A DNA stretch of 64,000 nucleotides from Candidatus Woesearchaeota archaeon (GTDB lineage: Archaea; Nanobdellota; Nanobdellia; SCGC-AAA011-G17; JAFCDX01): NCBI GenBank assembly GCA_017609465.1, contig JAFCDX010000002.1, forward strand, positions 11,881 through 75,880, in the 5' to 3' direction. The translations under genes and the position numbers were made by a program. This document shows positions 18,735 through 28,785 of this stretch, piece by piece. The notes beneath the pieces were generated by a model. The model did no database searches. It was not told where the DNA came from and saw nothing but the letters and a program-made list of their open reading frames with translations. How positions within the stretch are numbered: the first letter of the stretch is position 1; each line of letters starts with the position of its first letter.

Positions 18735-19820
18735 ATGGAGAGCATTGGATGGTTTGAGCCTTTTCTTGATAAGGAGGATATGGAATCTGTTAAATCGGTT
18801 GTTGAATCTAATTTTGTTAATGAAGGGAAAAAGACAAAAGAATTTGAGGATTTGATTTGTAAGAGATTAAATGTTAAATATGCAATTGCAACTACAAATG
18901 GAACTTCTGCAATTTATTTAGCATTAATGGCCTGTGATGTTGGTTCTGGAGATGAAGTTATGGTTCCAGATATGACTTTTATAGCTACAGCTAATGCAGT
19001 TAAAATGACAGGTGCTAAAGTTGTTTTGTGTGATATAAATAGAAAGGATTTTACAATTTCTATTGAAGATATCAAGAAAAAGATAACTGATAAAACAAAA
19101 GCAATAGTTCCTGTTGATATTTTTGGAAGAAGCCCTGATTTTGAAGAATTAAAAAAAATAGCTAAAGAAAAAGACATTAAAATAATTGAAGATGCTGCAG
19201 GTGCTTTGGGATCAAACATTAATGGAAAATATATGGGAACAATAGGGGATTTGGGGGCAATATCTTTTGCACCAACAAAAATAATAACCACAGCACAAGG
19301 AGGAGTTGTTTTAACAAACAATGAAGAATTAGCTTTAAAAGTAAGAAAATTAAAAGACCATGGAAGAGAAAAAAGATCTGACAAAACTCACCCTGAATTT
19401 GGTTTTAATTTTAAATTTAATGATGTTTGTGCAGCTATAGGAATATCTCAAATTAATAAATTAGATGATAGAATAAAACATGTTAATAATATTAGGAGAT
19501 TATATGAAAAAGAACTAAATAATGTTGGTGATATAGAAATCCCTCCTATGGATATTAAAAAAGGAATTGTACCCTTATGGACCGATATACTTACATCAAA
19601 AAGTAAAGAATTACAAGAATATTTACTTAGTAAAAATATACACACTAGAAAATTTTGGGTGCCAATACATAAGAATAATCCATATTTGGATAATGATAAT
19701 TTATATCCTATATCTAATGAGGTTTATAAAAAAGGTTTGTGGTTGCCCGGAGGACCAACATTGGATTTGGATAATGTAGTAAAAATATGTAAACATATAA
19801 AAGAATTCTATAATAATTAG
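18735..19820 (+). CDS. DegT/DnrJ/EryC1-type PLP sugar aminotransferase (GDP-perosamine synthase-like)
   Basis: Fold-type I sugar aminotransferase blocks (TNGTSAIYLAL, EDAAGALGS, ISFAPTKIITTAQGG with the PLP lysine). Directly follows gmd with a 1-nt gap. Confidence 0.8.
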   Translation: MESIGWFEPFLDKEDMESVKSVVESNFVNEGKKTKEFEDLICKRLNVKYAIATTNGTSAIYLALMACDVGSGDEVMVPDMTFIATANAVKMTGAKVVLCDINRKDFTISIEDIKKKITDKTKAIVPVDIFGRSPDFEELKKIAKEKDIKIIEDAAGALGSNINGKYMGTIGDLGAISFAPTKIITTAQGGVVLTNNEELALKVRKLKDHGREKRSDKTHPEFGFNFKFNDVCAAIGISQINKLDDRIKHVNNIRRLYEKELNNVGDIEIPPMDIKKGIVPLWTDILTSKSKELQEYLLSKNIHTRKFWVPIHKNNPYLDNDNLYPISNEVYKKGLWLPGGPTLDLDNVVKICKHIKEFYNN

Positions 19821-20449
19821 GTTTTTTTACCCTCTTCAAATATACCTCTTTCTTTTATTTCATAAACCTCTTTTTCTATATGAGGAATATCAAATTTTTC
19901 ACATAATTTTTTTCTATAATCTTGGTCTTCAACAAATTTTTCATAAATTACTCTATGAAAATTATTTGGATATTCTTTCTCAATTTCCTTTATTTGTGAC
20001 CATGCATTTTTTATCTTTTTTTCTGCATGGTCTTTGTCCTTGGCAAATTTCTGCCTTACTTGGCTTTTTACAGTTGCATCAAGATTTCTTCTAATTTCAA
20101 TAAAATGAGTTTCGTAACCTAATTTTTTCATTAATTTATACATCTTTTTTGCATCTGATTTTGCTCCCCATAATATGCTTTGCGGAAATCCCCTCCTCCA
20201 TACAACTAGATTAATTGGAGGTTCAGGATTTGTGTAATCCAATAATTGTTTATGGCTTCTGCTTCCAAAACATCCGCAATTAACCAGAAATCTTTGTAAC
20301 ATTCTGTTACCTGAACTCTCTGCAGCTATTATAATAAATGCTTTTCCGTTTCTTGTGTTTTTATGAGATATTAATAACCTTAGATTTAATAGGCCTTTCA
20401 TAAGAATATTGTATGATACTTTTCTGATAAAATTAATTATCTTACTCAT
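19817..20449 (-). CDS. Hypothetical protein, weakly sulfotransferase-like
   Basis: FIIIAAESSGNRML resembles the PAPS 5'-phosphosulfate loop and RRNLDATVKS resembles the 3'-phosphate motif (RNPxDxxVS). Similarity is weak. Confidence 0.3.
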   Translation of the reverse strand: MSKIINFIRKVSYNILMKGLLNLRLLISHKNTRNGKAFIIIAAESSGNRMLQRFLVNCGCFGSRSHKQLLDYTNPEPPINLVVWRRGFPQSILWGAKSDAKKMYKLMKKLGYETHFIEIRRNLDATVKSQVRQKFAKDKDHAEKKIKNAWSQIKEIEKEYPNNFHRVIYEKFVEDQDYRKKLCEKFDIPHIEKEVYEIKERGIFEEGKKT

Positions 20450-20450
20450 T

Positions 20451-20858
20451 TTATTTAGGGATTATTGAATTTTCAACCCTAAAGGTGTCTGATTCATAGT
20501 CCTTTCCTCCTCTCTTTCCTTCGCTAAACACTATAAATTCATTCTCTTCTAGAATTCTTAATGCGTGTATTTCATTTGGGGGGGTTGTTACTAAATCATA
20601 TTCTCTTGCTATAACATATTTTGCCGGTTCATCTGAACCTAAATGTTTATACCAATATTCTAATGATCCCTTTGTCATTAGCATATGCTGTTGTGCATCT
20701 TTATGATAATGATTTCCTCTTATTTCTCCTTTTTTGGATTGTATTATTGCTACATGTTTTATAATTTCATCATAAAATATATCTGCTATTGTTCCTCTTT
20801 TATCCCTATGTAATTCAAGAGGGTCTTTTATATCCTTTAATATATTTCTTATTTCCAT
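20451..20858 (-). CDS. RmlC-like cupin (NDP-sugar epimerase / 3,4-ketoisomerase-like)
   Basis: HRDKRGTIADIF and IRGNHYHK motifs, as in RmlC/FdtA/WxcM-type cupins. Confidence 0.6.
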   Translation of the reverse strand: MEIRNILKDIKDPLELHRDKRGTIADIFYDEIIKHVAIIQSKKGEIRGNHYHKDAQQHMLMTKGSLEYWYKHLGSDEPAKYVIAREYDLVTTPPNEIHALRILEENEFIVFSEGKRGGKDYESDTFRVENSIIPK

Positions 20859-20896
20859 TTTGATTTTTGTATATATTTTATATATAAACTTTTTTG

Positions 20897-22114
20897 TTAG
20901 GAAGGTAATGAAATAAATTTTATGTTTGGATTTATTTCATGAAGCTTTTCTTTCAATATATGAGATATATTCCAAGATAGGATTAGAGCATATACATCAT
21001 TATATCTTGAAAAAATATCATCTCCAACTATTGGTATTCTTGTTGCAGGAGTATATTTTCCTTTTTTATGTTCTGAAGCATCTGTAACATAGTCAATTAC
21101 TTTATTATCTAATGAATAAAAGTTAAGAAAAGTATTTCCTTTTGCAGCAGCTCCTACCCCTATTATAGGGAATCCTTTATTTTTTGTTTTATATATTTCT
21201 TCCAAGAAAATATTTCTTTTTTCCAATATTTCCTTCATAAACTTATGATATGTTTCGGGTTCAAAAGTTTTATTTAATTCTTCTTTTTCTATCATGACTT
21301 TCTCTTCGAGACAATCTTCTACAACTTCATTTTTGTTTTGTGCTATTATTCTTAAAGATCCTCCATGATAATCTACAATTTCTGAAGAAATAATTTTCAT
21401 ACCTGCATTTTCTAATAGACTTTTTGAGGATTTAACAGTGAAATAAGTTACATGTTCATGATATATTTGATCAAATTTTTTATTTTCTAATCCAATATAC
21501 CAATATGGCAATTCAAATACAAATTTTCCATCCTTAGATAAAAGTTGAGATACTGACTTTGCAAAATTTAGTGGGTCATTAGAATGATTAAATACATTAT
21601 TTGCAACAACCAAATCAGCATTTCCACATTTTTCAATTATTTCATCTTTTATTTTTTCATCAAAAATCCCTGTAAAAGTTTCAATTTTACGCTCTTTTGC
21701 CAAATTTGCCATATATTCTGAAGGATCTACACCAACCACACAATATCCTTTTTTAAGAAATTGCTCTCCAAGATATCCGTCATTTGACCCGATGTCTACT
21801 ATGAAACCCCCTTCTTTAAGATTCACTTTTTTCGCAACCTCTTCTGCATAATTTTCCCAATGATCTCTAGCAAATTTTGAATTTGATGAAGTGTATGAAT
21901 AATCATGGCTAGAATATCTATCTTCTGGGTCTGTAATACATCTTAACTGTATATTTCCACAATCAGAACATAAGTCACATATGAGGGGATAAATTTTATC
22001 TGCTTCACCATACCTAGATTTTGGAATAAATGTATCTGCAAATGGATGAGACCCTAAGTCTATTATCTCTTCTATATCTTTTGAATTACAAATTAAACAA
22101 CTATTTCTCATCAT
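20897..22114 (-). CDS. NDP-hexose C-methyltransferase-like (Zn-ribbon + class I MTase + C-methyltransferase C-terminal domain)
   Basis: N-terminal CLICNS...CSDCG zinc site, IVDIGSNDGY motif I, long C-terminal Rossmann-like domain (IIGVGAAAKG) as in TylC3/Coq-type sugar C-methyltransferases. Confidence 0.7.
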   Translation of the reverse strand: MMRNSCLICNSKDIEEIIDLGSHPFADTFIPKSRYGEADKIYPLICDLCSDCGNIQLRCITDPEDRYSSHDYSYTSSNSKFARDHWENYAEEVAKKVNLKEGGFIVDIGSNDGYLGEQFLKKGYCVVGVDPSEYMANLAKERKIETFTGIFDEKIKDEIIEKCGNADLVVANNVFNHSNDPLNFAKSVSQLLSKDGKFVFELPYWYIGLENKKFDQIYHEHVTYFTVKSSKSLLENAGMKIISSEIVDYHGGSLRIIAQNKNEVVEDCLEEKVMIEKEELNKTFEPETYHKFMKEILEKRNIFLEEIYKTKNKGFPIIGVGAAAKGNTFLNFYSLDNKVIDYVTDASEHKKGKYTPATRIPIVGDDIFSRYNDVYALILSWNISHILKEKLHEINPNIKFISLPS

Positions 22115-22533
22115 TTTTTTATAAATTTTTTATCTTTTTCTTTTCCATTATAAGGTCCATTCTTAAATTCATAGATTAGCGTATTATCTTCAAGAACTTC
22201 TAAAGAATGACCTCCCCTTAATCCTACAAAACAATCTCCCTCACCTAAAATTGTTTCACTTATTTTTTCATCATTTAAATCATAAAACTCTACTTTTGCC
22301 TTTCCTTGGATTAAAACTAATGCTTCCTGTGTGTATTCGGTTGTTCTTTTTTGGGGTAGATGTTTGTGGGGTGGAACTAGGTTTCCTTTATTCTCTTTAA
22401 GAGTTCTTGCTTGAAAAACCTCTATGGTATCTGTTAAATCAAATCCACGATATTCTTGATTTAAAATATCTTCCTTTCTATAAACAAAATCTAATAAAAC
22501 TTCTGGTTTTATATTTGAATATATTTTTTCCAT
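22111..22533 (-). CDS. Cupin-fold protein (WbuC-like)
   Basis: PPHKHLPQ...EALVLIQGKAKVEFYD cupin core. 4-nt overlap with the downstream C-methyltransferase. Confidence 0.5.
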   Translation of the reverse strand: MEKIYSNIKPEVLLDFVYRKEDILNQEYRGFDLTDTIEVFQARTLKENKGNLVPPHKHLPQKRTTEYTQEALVLIQGKAKVEFYDLNDEKISETILGEGDCFVGLRGGHSLEVLEDNTLIYEFKNGPYNGKEKDKKFIKK

Positions 22534-22610
22534 TTTTTATTATGCTTTGAACTAATTTGTTACTTCTCTATAGTTAAGTATAGGATAAACTTATAAATAT
22601 TTACATTTTG

Positions 22611-24116
22611 TTATTTATTAATTTTTAATCTATTCTTAACTAATTCTATAAGTTTTAAATCTTCTTCATCAAATACTTTAGTTATATTTAATAATAATAT
22701 ATAAAGTACTCCTGGAATTGAAAAAACAATAACTATTTTAATGATATCATTAAATTGAATTAAGGATAAAGCAAAATAAAGTGGAATCAAAAGTAATATT
22801 ATTAATATTGGTTTTATTAGTTGTATTCTGTACGGTTGGATTTTTAATAATTTATAAGTATATATACTTGTCAATATACTGAATGTTATGATGGATATTG
22901 ATGTTGCTATTGCAGCGCCATTAAGGTTATATTTTTGTATTAAAATGTAATTTAATATTATATTTAATATTATTACGATAAAAGAACATTTAAGATTTAT
23001 TCTTGTTTTTTCTAATGAATTAAAAACTCCTATATTTGCAGTTACAAATATCCCAAGAAAATAACCAATTGTTAAGATTCCAAAACTTGTAGCCCCCCCA
23101 ATATATTCCACCCCAAACAAAATTTCTATTATTTCTCTTCTGAAGATTATAAAAGGAATAATTATTGGCAAGGTTATTATAAATATCCACTTTGTTGTGT
23201 TATTATATATTAATTTTATATCATTTATCTTTTTTTTAGCATACAAAGAACTTAATATTGGAATGAATAACGCAGCAAATGCAGTAGGAATAGTATTAAT
23301 TAATCTTGCAGTTGGTAACGATGTATTGTATATACCGACTACATTCTCTGGTCTAAAATAACCTAACATGATATTATCCGTCCATGCAAATAAAGTTATT
23401 AATATCCCTGAGATTAATAATGGAAGAGAAAATTTTAGAATTCTCTTATCCATATTTTTAGATTTAATTTTCCTGTTGAATAAAGGAGTAATCTTTTTTT
23501 GTATAATTATAAATGCAACAATAGCACTAAATAAAAATGTGAGAATATAAGCTATGCTTACTCCAAAAAGACCATATCCCGCATATATTAAAATTATTGT
23601 TAAAATTAGTCTTATTAATCCTTCTCCAATGTTTTGTATATATACAAAATAGTTTATCTTCTTTAAAGATCTTATGGTGGCCAATAAGATTTGGGAGATT
23701 ACAAATAGAGGGATCCCAAAAGAAAATATTTTTAATATAGGTATTAATTTTTCATTATGAAAGAAATTATTTGAGATAACTTCAGAAAATAAAAAGATTA
23801 TTGCTAACATAAAGACACTTGTTAATATGCTTATTTTTAAGCCGGATAATATAATTCCCTTTACCTTTGATAGATTTTTTTTGCTCATATAATAACTAAC
23901 AAATCTCTCTACACCTTGATGAGAACCCAATAAAGATATAATCATTGCTAAGCTTGTTATTGATAATGCAATATTTATAATACCATACCCTTCAACTCCA
24001 ATATATCTTGCTATGATTACCCTATATCCATAAGTCAATATTTTTGATAGAATAAGTCCTATTAATAATATTCCTGCTCCTTTTACAATACTTGTAAAAT
24101 TATCCCTTTCTAACAT
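22611..24116 (-). CDS. Wzx-like oligosaccharide flippase (MOP superfamily)
   Basis: About 12-14 TM helices. The N-terminal SIVKGAGILLIGLILSKILTYGYRVIIARYIGVEGYG is typical of polysaccharide biosynthesis (Wzx/RfbX) proteins. Confidence 0.75.
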   Translation of the reverse strand: MLERDNFTSIVKGAGILLIGLILSKILTYGYRVIIARYIGVEGYGIINIALSITSLAMIISLLGSHQGVERFVSYYMSKKNLSKVKGIILSGLKISILTSVFMLAIIFLFSEVISNNFFHNEKLIPILKIFSFGIPLFVISQILLATIRSLKKINYFVYIQNIGEGLIRLILTIILIYAGYGLFGVSIAYILTFLFSAIVAFIIIQKKITPLFNRKIKSKNMDKRILKFSLPLLISGILITLFAWTDNIMLGYFRPENVVGIYNTSLPTARLINTIPTAFAALFIPILSSLYAKKKINDIKLIYNNTTKWIFIITLPIIIPFIIFRREIIEILFGVEYIGGATSFGILTIGYFLGIFVTANIGVFNSLEKTRINLKCSFIVIILNIILNYILIQKYNLNGAAIATSISIITFSILTSIYTYKLLKIQPYRIQLIKPILIILLLIPLYFALSLIQFNDIIKIVIVFSIPGVLYILLLNITKVFDEEDLKLIELVKNRLKINK

Positions 24117-24162
24117 TTTCTTCTAAAAAATATACTTATTTAAAATACTTATGTATTTATCC

Positions 24163-25338
24163 TTAAGATAAAGCCTCATCAAAAATCTCTTTTAGTTTCT
24201 TATTCCTGTTTTTTATATTAAATTCCTCTTTTATGGTCTTCAATGCACCTTCACTCAATTTTTCCATCAATTTTTCATCTTCAATTATTCTTTTAATACA
24301 ATTAAATATGTCTTTTGTAACTCTCTCATCAATTTGGTGCTTCCCTGTAAATCTTTTATCTCTTAAATTTGTAGGGTATTCAGGAACATTATAAGGCAGT
24401 TTTTCTGATTTTTTAATACAATAACCATTTATTCCATTTCTTACAACAGCATTCATCCCAGGTACATCCAAGGCGATTACAGGAAGGCCATAGGACATAG
24501 CTTCTATTGGAACCATTGCATTTGCGTCATGTCCTGGAAGTAATAAGATATCGGAATCCACATATAATTTTATTAAATCTTCAAAAGGTATTCTTTCTTC
24601 TATAAATTTAATGTTTTTAGAATTATATTCTTTTTTTATCCACGAAGGAACTTCGCAACGTATTGTAAACTCAACTCTTTTTCCAAATTTTTTCTCTATT
24701 TTTTTAAAGGCTTCTATTGCTATTACTCCCCCCTTTATATCAAAATCAAGTGGGTTTGAAGCAGAACCTATAAATAATATTTTTATTTTATCCTTTTTAC
24801 CTTGTTTTTTATTCACATCTTTTTGTTCAACACCTAATTTTACATATTCTATCTTGTCAGAGACTTTTTTAGAAAAATTTTCCTTTAATACTTCTTTAAA
24901 AAAAGGATTCCAAACAATTATCTTTTTGCATAAATTAGAGCTTAATTCTTTCTCAATCTTATCTTTTTTTTCTGTAAATTTTTTATAATTATATCCTATT
25001 ATTGATGTAGGTGTATCTATTAAATCCAAAATATATGGTTTTTTTGTTTGATAAGGAATTCTTGATGTAGCATATACCAAATCTGTATTTTTAGGTATTT
25101 TTTTAGAATATAATTTCTCAAATAAATTTGTATTCTTTATTATTGGCTTAAGAAATACATTGTAGATTTTTTTTATTAAAGGAGAATTTCTAGAATAAGT
25201 TAATACAGAATCCCTTAATTTTTGAGGAATTTCCAGAAATTCATAGCCTTCTGGGGGACTTTTAATTATTGATTTGTGTGCAAAATGGATACTAGGATCT
25301 ATGCAATATAAAAACACTTTTTTGTTGGGATGTGTCAT
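24163..25338 (-). CDS. Glycosyltransferase family 4 (GT-B fold)
   Basis: C-terminal LLLPGHDANAMVPIEAMSYGLPVIALDVPG...NGINGY (EX7E-type motif). Confidence 0.7.
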   Translation of the reverse strand: MTHPNKKVFLYCIDPSIHFAHKSIIKSPPEGYEFLEIPQKLRDSVLTYSRNSPLIKKIYNVFLKPIIKNTNLFEKLYSKKIPKNTDLVYATSRIPYQTKKPYILDLIDTPTSIIGYNYKKFTEKKDKIEKELSSNLCKKIIVWNPFFKEVLKENFSKKVSDKIEYVKLGVEQKDVNKKQGKKDKIKILFIGSASNPLDFDIKGGVIAIEAFKKIEKKFGKRVEFTIRCEVPSWIKKEYNSKNIKFIEERIPFEDLIKLYVDSDILLLPGHDANAMVPIEAMSYGLPVIALDVPGMNAVVRNGINGYCIKKSEKLPYNVPEYPTNLRDKRFTGKHQIDERVTKDIFNCIKRIIEDEKLMEKLSEGALKTIKEEFNIKNRNKKLKEIFDEALS

Positions 25339-25392
25339 TTTTGGTATTTTATATGATATATTTAAATAATTATCTATTTAAATTAATAAAAC

Positions 25393-25400
25393 TTATAAAT
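25393..25400 (+). promoter_or_regulatory. Candidate TATA box for the SxtJ-like/carbamoyltransferase operon
   Basis: TTATAAAT lies 21-28 nt upstream of ATG 25421, in a divergent intergenic region. Confidence 0.4.
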
Positions 25401-25420
25401 TTATCCAGAACCATCACATC

Positions 25421-25858
25421 ATGAAATCCAATAATATTAAGCATTTATCTCCTTTTATAAAAGGGAGTGGATTTTTATTATCTCTTTTATTGTTCATATT
25501 CCTACTTACCTTTTTTATCTCAAGATTTAGTCATTTTATTTTTTTAGTTTATATCTTAATAATTTTAATTTTATCTATAATATTCTTGTTTCTTGCGGGA
25601 ATTATATTTTATAAATCAAAAACAATATTATTATCAAGATTTTTTAGAGGATTTAAAAAATTTGGTAAAGTTATAACCACAATTGTAAATTCAATATTAT
25701 TGACGATACTTTATTTTGTAGGCATTGGGATTACATCTATTATTGGGAAATATATTTTTAAAAAGGATTTTCTTGAATTTAATACAAAAAAAGATTCATA
25801 TTTTATTAAAAATGAAGAAAGTAATAAGACAATAGATGAACATAGGAGGCTATTTTAA
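25421..25858 (+). CDS. SxtJ-like small membrane protein
   Basis: Three TM helices. The C-terminal part (FGKVITTIVNSILLTILYFVGIGITSIIGKYIFKKDFLEF...DSYF) matches the SxtJ family pattern as I recall it. Abuts a carbamoyltransferase, as that family usually does. Confidence 0.45.
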   Translation: MKSNNIKHLSPFIKGSGFLLSLLLFIFLLTFFISRFSHFIFLVYILIILILSIIFLFLAGIIFYKSKTILLSRFFRGFKKFGKVITTIVNSILLTILYFVGIGITSIIGKYIFKKDFLEFNTKKDSYFIKNEESNKTIDEHRRLF

Positions 25859-27604
25859 ATGTATATCCTCGGGATATCCTGTTTTTATCATGATTCCTCT
25901 GTAGCATTGCTAAAAGATGGAAAAATAATTGCCGCTGCAGAAGAGGAAAGATTTACTAGAAAAAAACACGATACTGGTTTTCCTATAAATGCAATAAATT
26001 TCTGCTTAAATTATGAGAATATAAAAATTAAAGATATAGATTATATAGGATTTTATGAAAAACCCTTTTTGAAATTTGAGAGAATATTGAGTCAACATTT
26101 AAATAATTTTCCAAGAAGTTTGAGGATGTTTGTTAAGTCCATGCCTAATTTAATAAATGAGAAAATAAGAATATCAAAGATTATAAGGAAAAAACTGAAA
26201 TATAAAAAAGAAATTCTATATATAGATCATCATCTTGCACATGCAGCATCTTCTTATTTAGTTTCTCCTTTCAAGAAATCAGCGATACTTACTATTGATG
26301 GAGTTGGAGAATGGGCAACTACAGCGTTAGGGTATGGGAAAGAGAATAAAATATTTATTGAAGAAGAAATAAGATTTCCTCATTCACTAGGACTTTTATA
26401 TACAGCAATAACTACATATCTTGGTTTTAAGGCAAATAATGATGAATATAAAGTAATGGGACTTGCTCCATATGGAAAACCGATTTATTTTGAGAAACTA
26501 AAAGAAAAATTAATTAAATTAGAAAAGGATGGTTCCTATAAATTAAATATGGATTATTTTGCATATAACTATAAGGAACAAATGTTTTCTGAAAAATTTA
26601 TAGAAGAATTTGGGACATCGAGAAAAAAAGAATCAGATATAACACAATTTCATAAGGATATGGCTGCTTCTTTGCAAAAATTATATGAGCATATATTATT
26701 TATGATTTTGAATTATTTATATAAAAAGTATAAACTAAAGAATCTTTGTATCTCCGGGGGGTGTGGCCTAAATAGTGTTGCAAACGGAAAGATATTAAAA
26801 AATACTTCTTTTGAGAATATTTACATACAACCAGCTTCCGGAGATGGAGGAACAAGCATAGGTGTTGTTTCTTACATCTATAATAGTATTCTAAATAATA
26901 AAAGAAATTTTGTAATGGATTCTGCTTATTTAGGTCCAGAGTATAATGATGATGAAATAAAGAATTTTCTAAATAAAGAAGAAATAAAATATAGTAAATT
27001 TCCCAATGAAGAAAGATTATTAGATCAAGTTTCTAAATTAATATATAATAATAATGTTATTGGCTGGTTCCAAGGAAGAATGGAATTTGGTCCAAGGGCT
27101 TTGGGGAATAGGAGTATTTTGTCGAATCCATGTAATCCAAATATGCAAGACATATTAAACTTGAAAGTTAAACATAGAGAAAAATTCAGACCATTTGCCC
27201 CTGTTATTTGCGAAGAGGATGTAAACAAATATTTTGATGGAGATAAAAAATTACAAATGCCTTCCTATTATATGTTGATGGTATACCCTATTAAGGAGGA
27301 AAAAAGAAAATTGATACCTGCTGTAACTCATGTAGATGGTTCTGGTAGATTGCAAGTATTAAATAAGAAATATAATGAATTATATTGGAGACTTATTAAA
27401 CAATTTGGTAAATTAAGCAAAGTCCCTATATTAATAAACACATCCTTTAATATTCGTGGTGAACCAATTGTTTGTTCTCCTAAAGAAGCCTACAAGTGTA
27501 TGATGGGAACAGGCATAGATTATCTTGTTTTAGGAAATTACTTAATTAAAAGAGATGATAATCCAAAACACATGTGGGATAGTGAAAAATATGCCAAAGA
27601 TTAA
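25859..27604 (+). CDS. Carbamoyltransferase (NodU/CmcH family), copy 1
   Basis: ILGISCFYHDSSVALLKDGKIIAAAEEERFTRKKHD, HHLAHAASS, EFGPRALGNRSIL, NTSFNIRGEPIV. Canonical NodU/CmcH blocks. Confidence 0.9.
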   Translation: MYILGISCFYHDSSVALLKDGKIIAAAEEERFTRKKHDTGFPINAINFCLNYENIKIKDIDYIGFYEKPFLKFERILSQHLNNFPRSLRMFVKSMPNLINEKIRISKIIRKKLKYKKEILYIDHHLAHAASSYLVSPFKKSAILTIDGVGEWATTALGYGKENKIFIEEEIRFPHSLGLLYTAITTYLGFKANNDEYKVMGLAPYGKPIYFEKLKEKLIKLEKDGSYKLNMDYFAYNYKEQMFSEKFIEEFGTSRKKESDITQFHKDMAASLQKLYEHILFMILNYLYKKYKLKNLCISGGCGLNSVANGKILKNTSFENIYIQPASGDGGTSIGVVSYIYNSILNNKRNFVMDSAYLGPEYNDDEIKNFLNKEEIKYSKFPNEERLLDQVSKLIYNNNVIGWFQGRMEFGPRALGNRSILSNPCNPNMQDILNLKVKHREKFRPFAPVICEEDVNKYFDGDKKLQMPSYYMLMVYPIKEEKRKLIPAVTHVDGSGRLQVLNKKYNELYWRLIKQFGKLSKVPILINTSFNIRGEPIVCSPKEAYKCMMGTGIDYLVLGNYLIKRDDNPKHMWDSEKYAKD

Positions 27605-28778
27605 GAATTTACTCATAAATTTTATTATATTATTTTTTTCTATATTGGTAGTTTTAATCTTGTTTGAGATTGGATTTAGGTTATTTTACCCTCAAAATAT
27701 TATAGATATAAAACAATTTGACCAATATGACAAATTATTAGGGTGGAAACTATTAAACAATTCAAACATAGAAATTAAAGGAAGAGGATTTGAAATGGAC
27801 ATAATAACAGATGATTTTGGTTTTAGAAACAACAAAACAAAATTTAATAATCAAAAAAACATTATATTAATAGGGGATTCTTATCTTATGGGTTGGGGGG
27901 TTCCACAGAATAAAACCTTCGCATATTTGTTTAATGAGAATATAAGAGGATATGATTTTATTAATCTTGGTTGTGGAGGTTATGGTACGGATCAAGAACT
28001 ATTATCATTATATGAATATGGTTTAAAATATAACCCAGAGATAGTTATATTATTTTTATTTTCAAATGATCTTTCGAATAATCTTGGAGAATGGAGTTTT
28101 TATGAGAGACCTTTATTTTTTTTAAATAATACAAATATTGAAAATTTTTATGAAAGAGATGTTGGTTCTGAAGAATTTATTATAAAGAAATTACCATGGA
28201 TAAAAAATGATAATCTTTTATTAGCATATCCTAAAATAAAAAAGGATACTAAAAAAACAACAGAATCTGGTTTATTTTATGAATTTAGGAAAATTTTATC
28301 ACAGAATTCTCATCTTTATAATTTTCTTGTTATAAATATAAAGAAATTATTCTTATCTGAAAACATTATAACAGATGATATTATTTTTAGTAAAAATACA
28401 AGCAGTAAGCTAAATTATTCAATTAATCTTACTTATTCATTATTAGATGAAATGGTTTATCTTAGCAAGGAAAATAATTTTACCCTAATAATTACTGCAA
28501 TACCAGAAAAATATGTTGTTGAGAGTAAAACAAGAGATTTATTTCTTAAACAATATGACTTATCTCGTGAAAACACAAATCTTTTGAGAGTAGATAATTT
28601 ACTTAAAAATTATAGTGAATCAAGGGGAATTAAATATATATCCTTATATTCTTCATTTGAAGAATACTATGACCCTAATCTTTTATATTTAGAATATGAC
28701 CTACATCTTAGTCCAGAGGGACATTTATTTGTATATCATTTGATCAGAGAAAAACTTATAAGAGAAAAATTATTTTAA
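27591..28778 (+). CDS. Membrane-anchored SGNH/GDSL-family hydrolase or acyltransferase-like protein
   Basis: Start moved to ATG 27591 (MPKIKNLLINFIILFF, an N-terminal TM anchor). Has SGNH blocks ILIGDSYLMGWG (I), GCGGYG (II), FSNDL (III) and DLHLSPEGH (V). Confidence 0.6.
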   Translation: MPKIKNLLINFIILFFSILVVLILFEIGFRLFYPQNIIDIKQFDQYDKLLGWKLLNNSNIEIKGRGFEMDIITDDFGFRNNKTKFNNQKNIILIGDSYLMGWGVPQNKTFAYLFNENIRGYDFINLGCGGYGTDQELLSLYEYGLKYNPEIVILFLFSNDLSNNLGEWSFYERPLFFLNNTNIENFYERDVGSEEFIIKKLPWIKNDNLLLAYPKIKKDTKKTTESGLFYEFRKILSQNSHLYNFLVINIKKLFLSENIITDDIIFSKNTSSKLNYSINLTYSLLDEMVYLSKENNFTLIITAIPEKYVVESKTRDLFLKQYDLSRENTNLLRVDNLLKNYSESRGIKYISLYSSFEEYYDPNLLYLEYDLHLSPEGHLFVYHLIREKLIREKLF

Positions 28779-28785
28779 AAATAAT

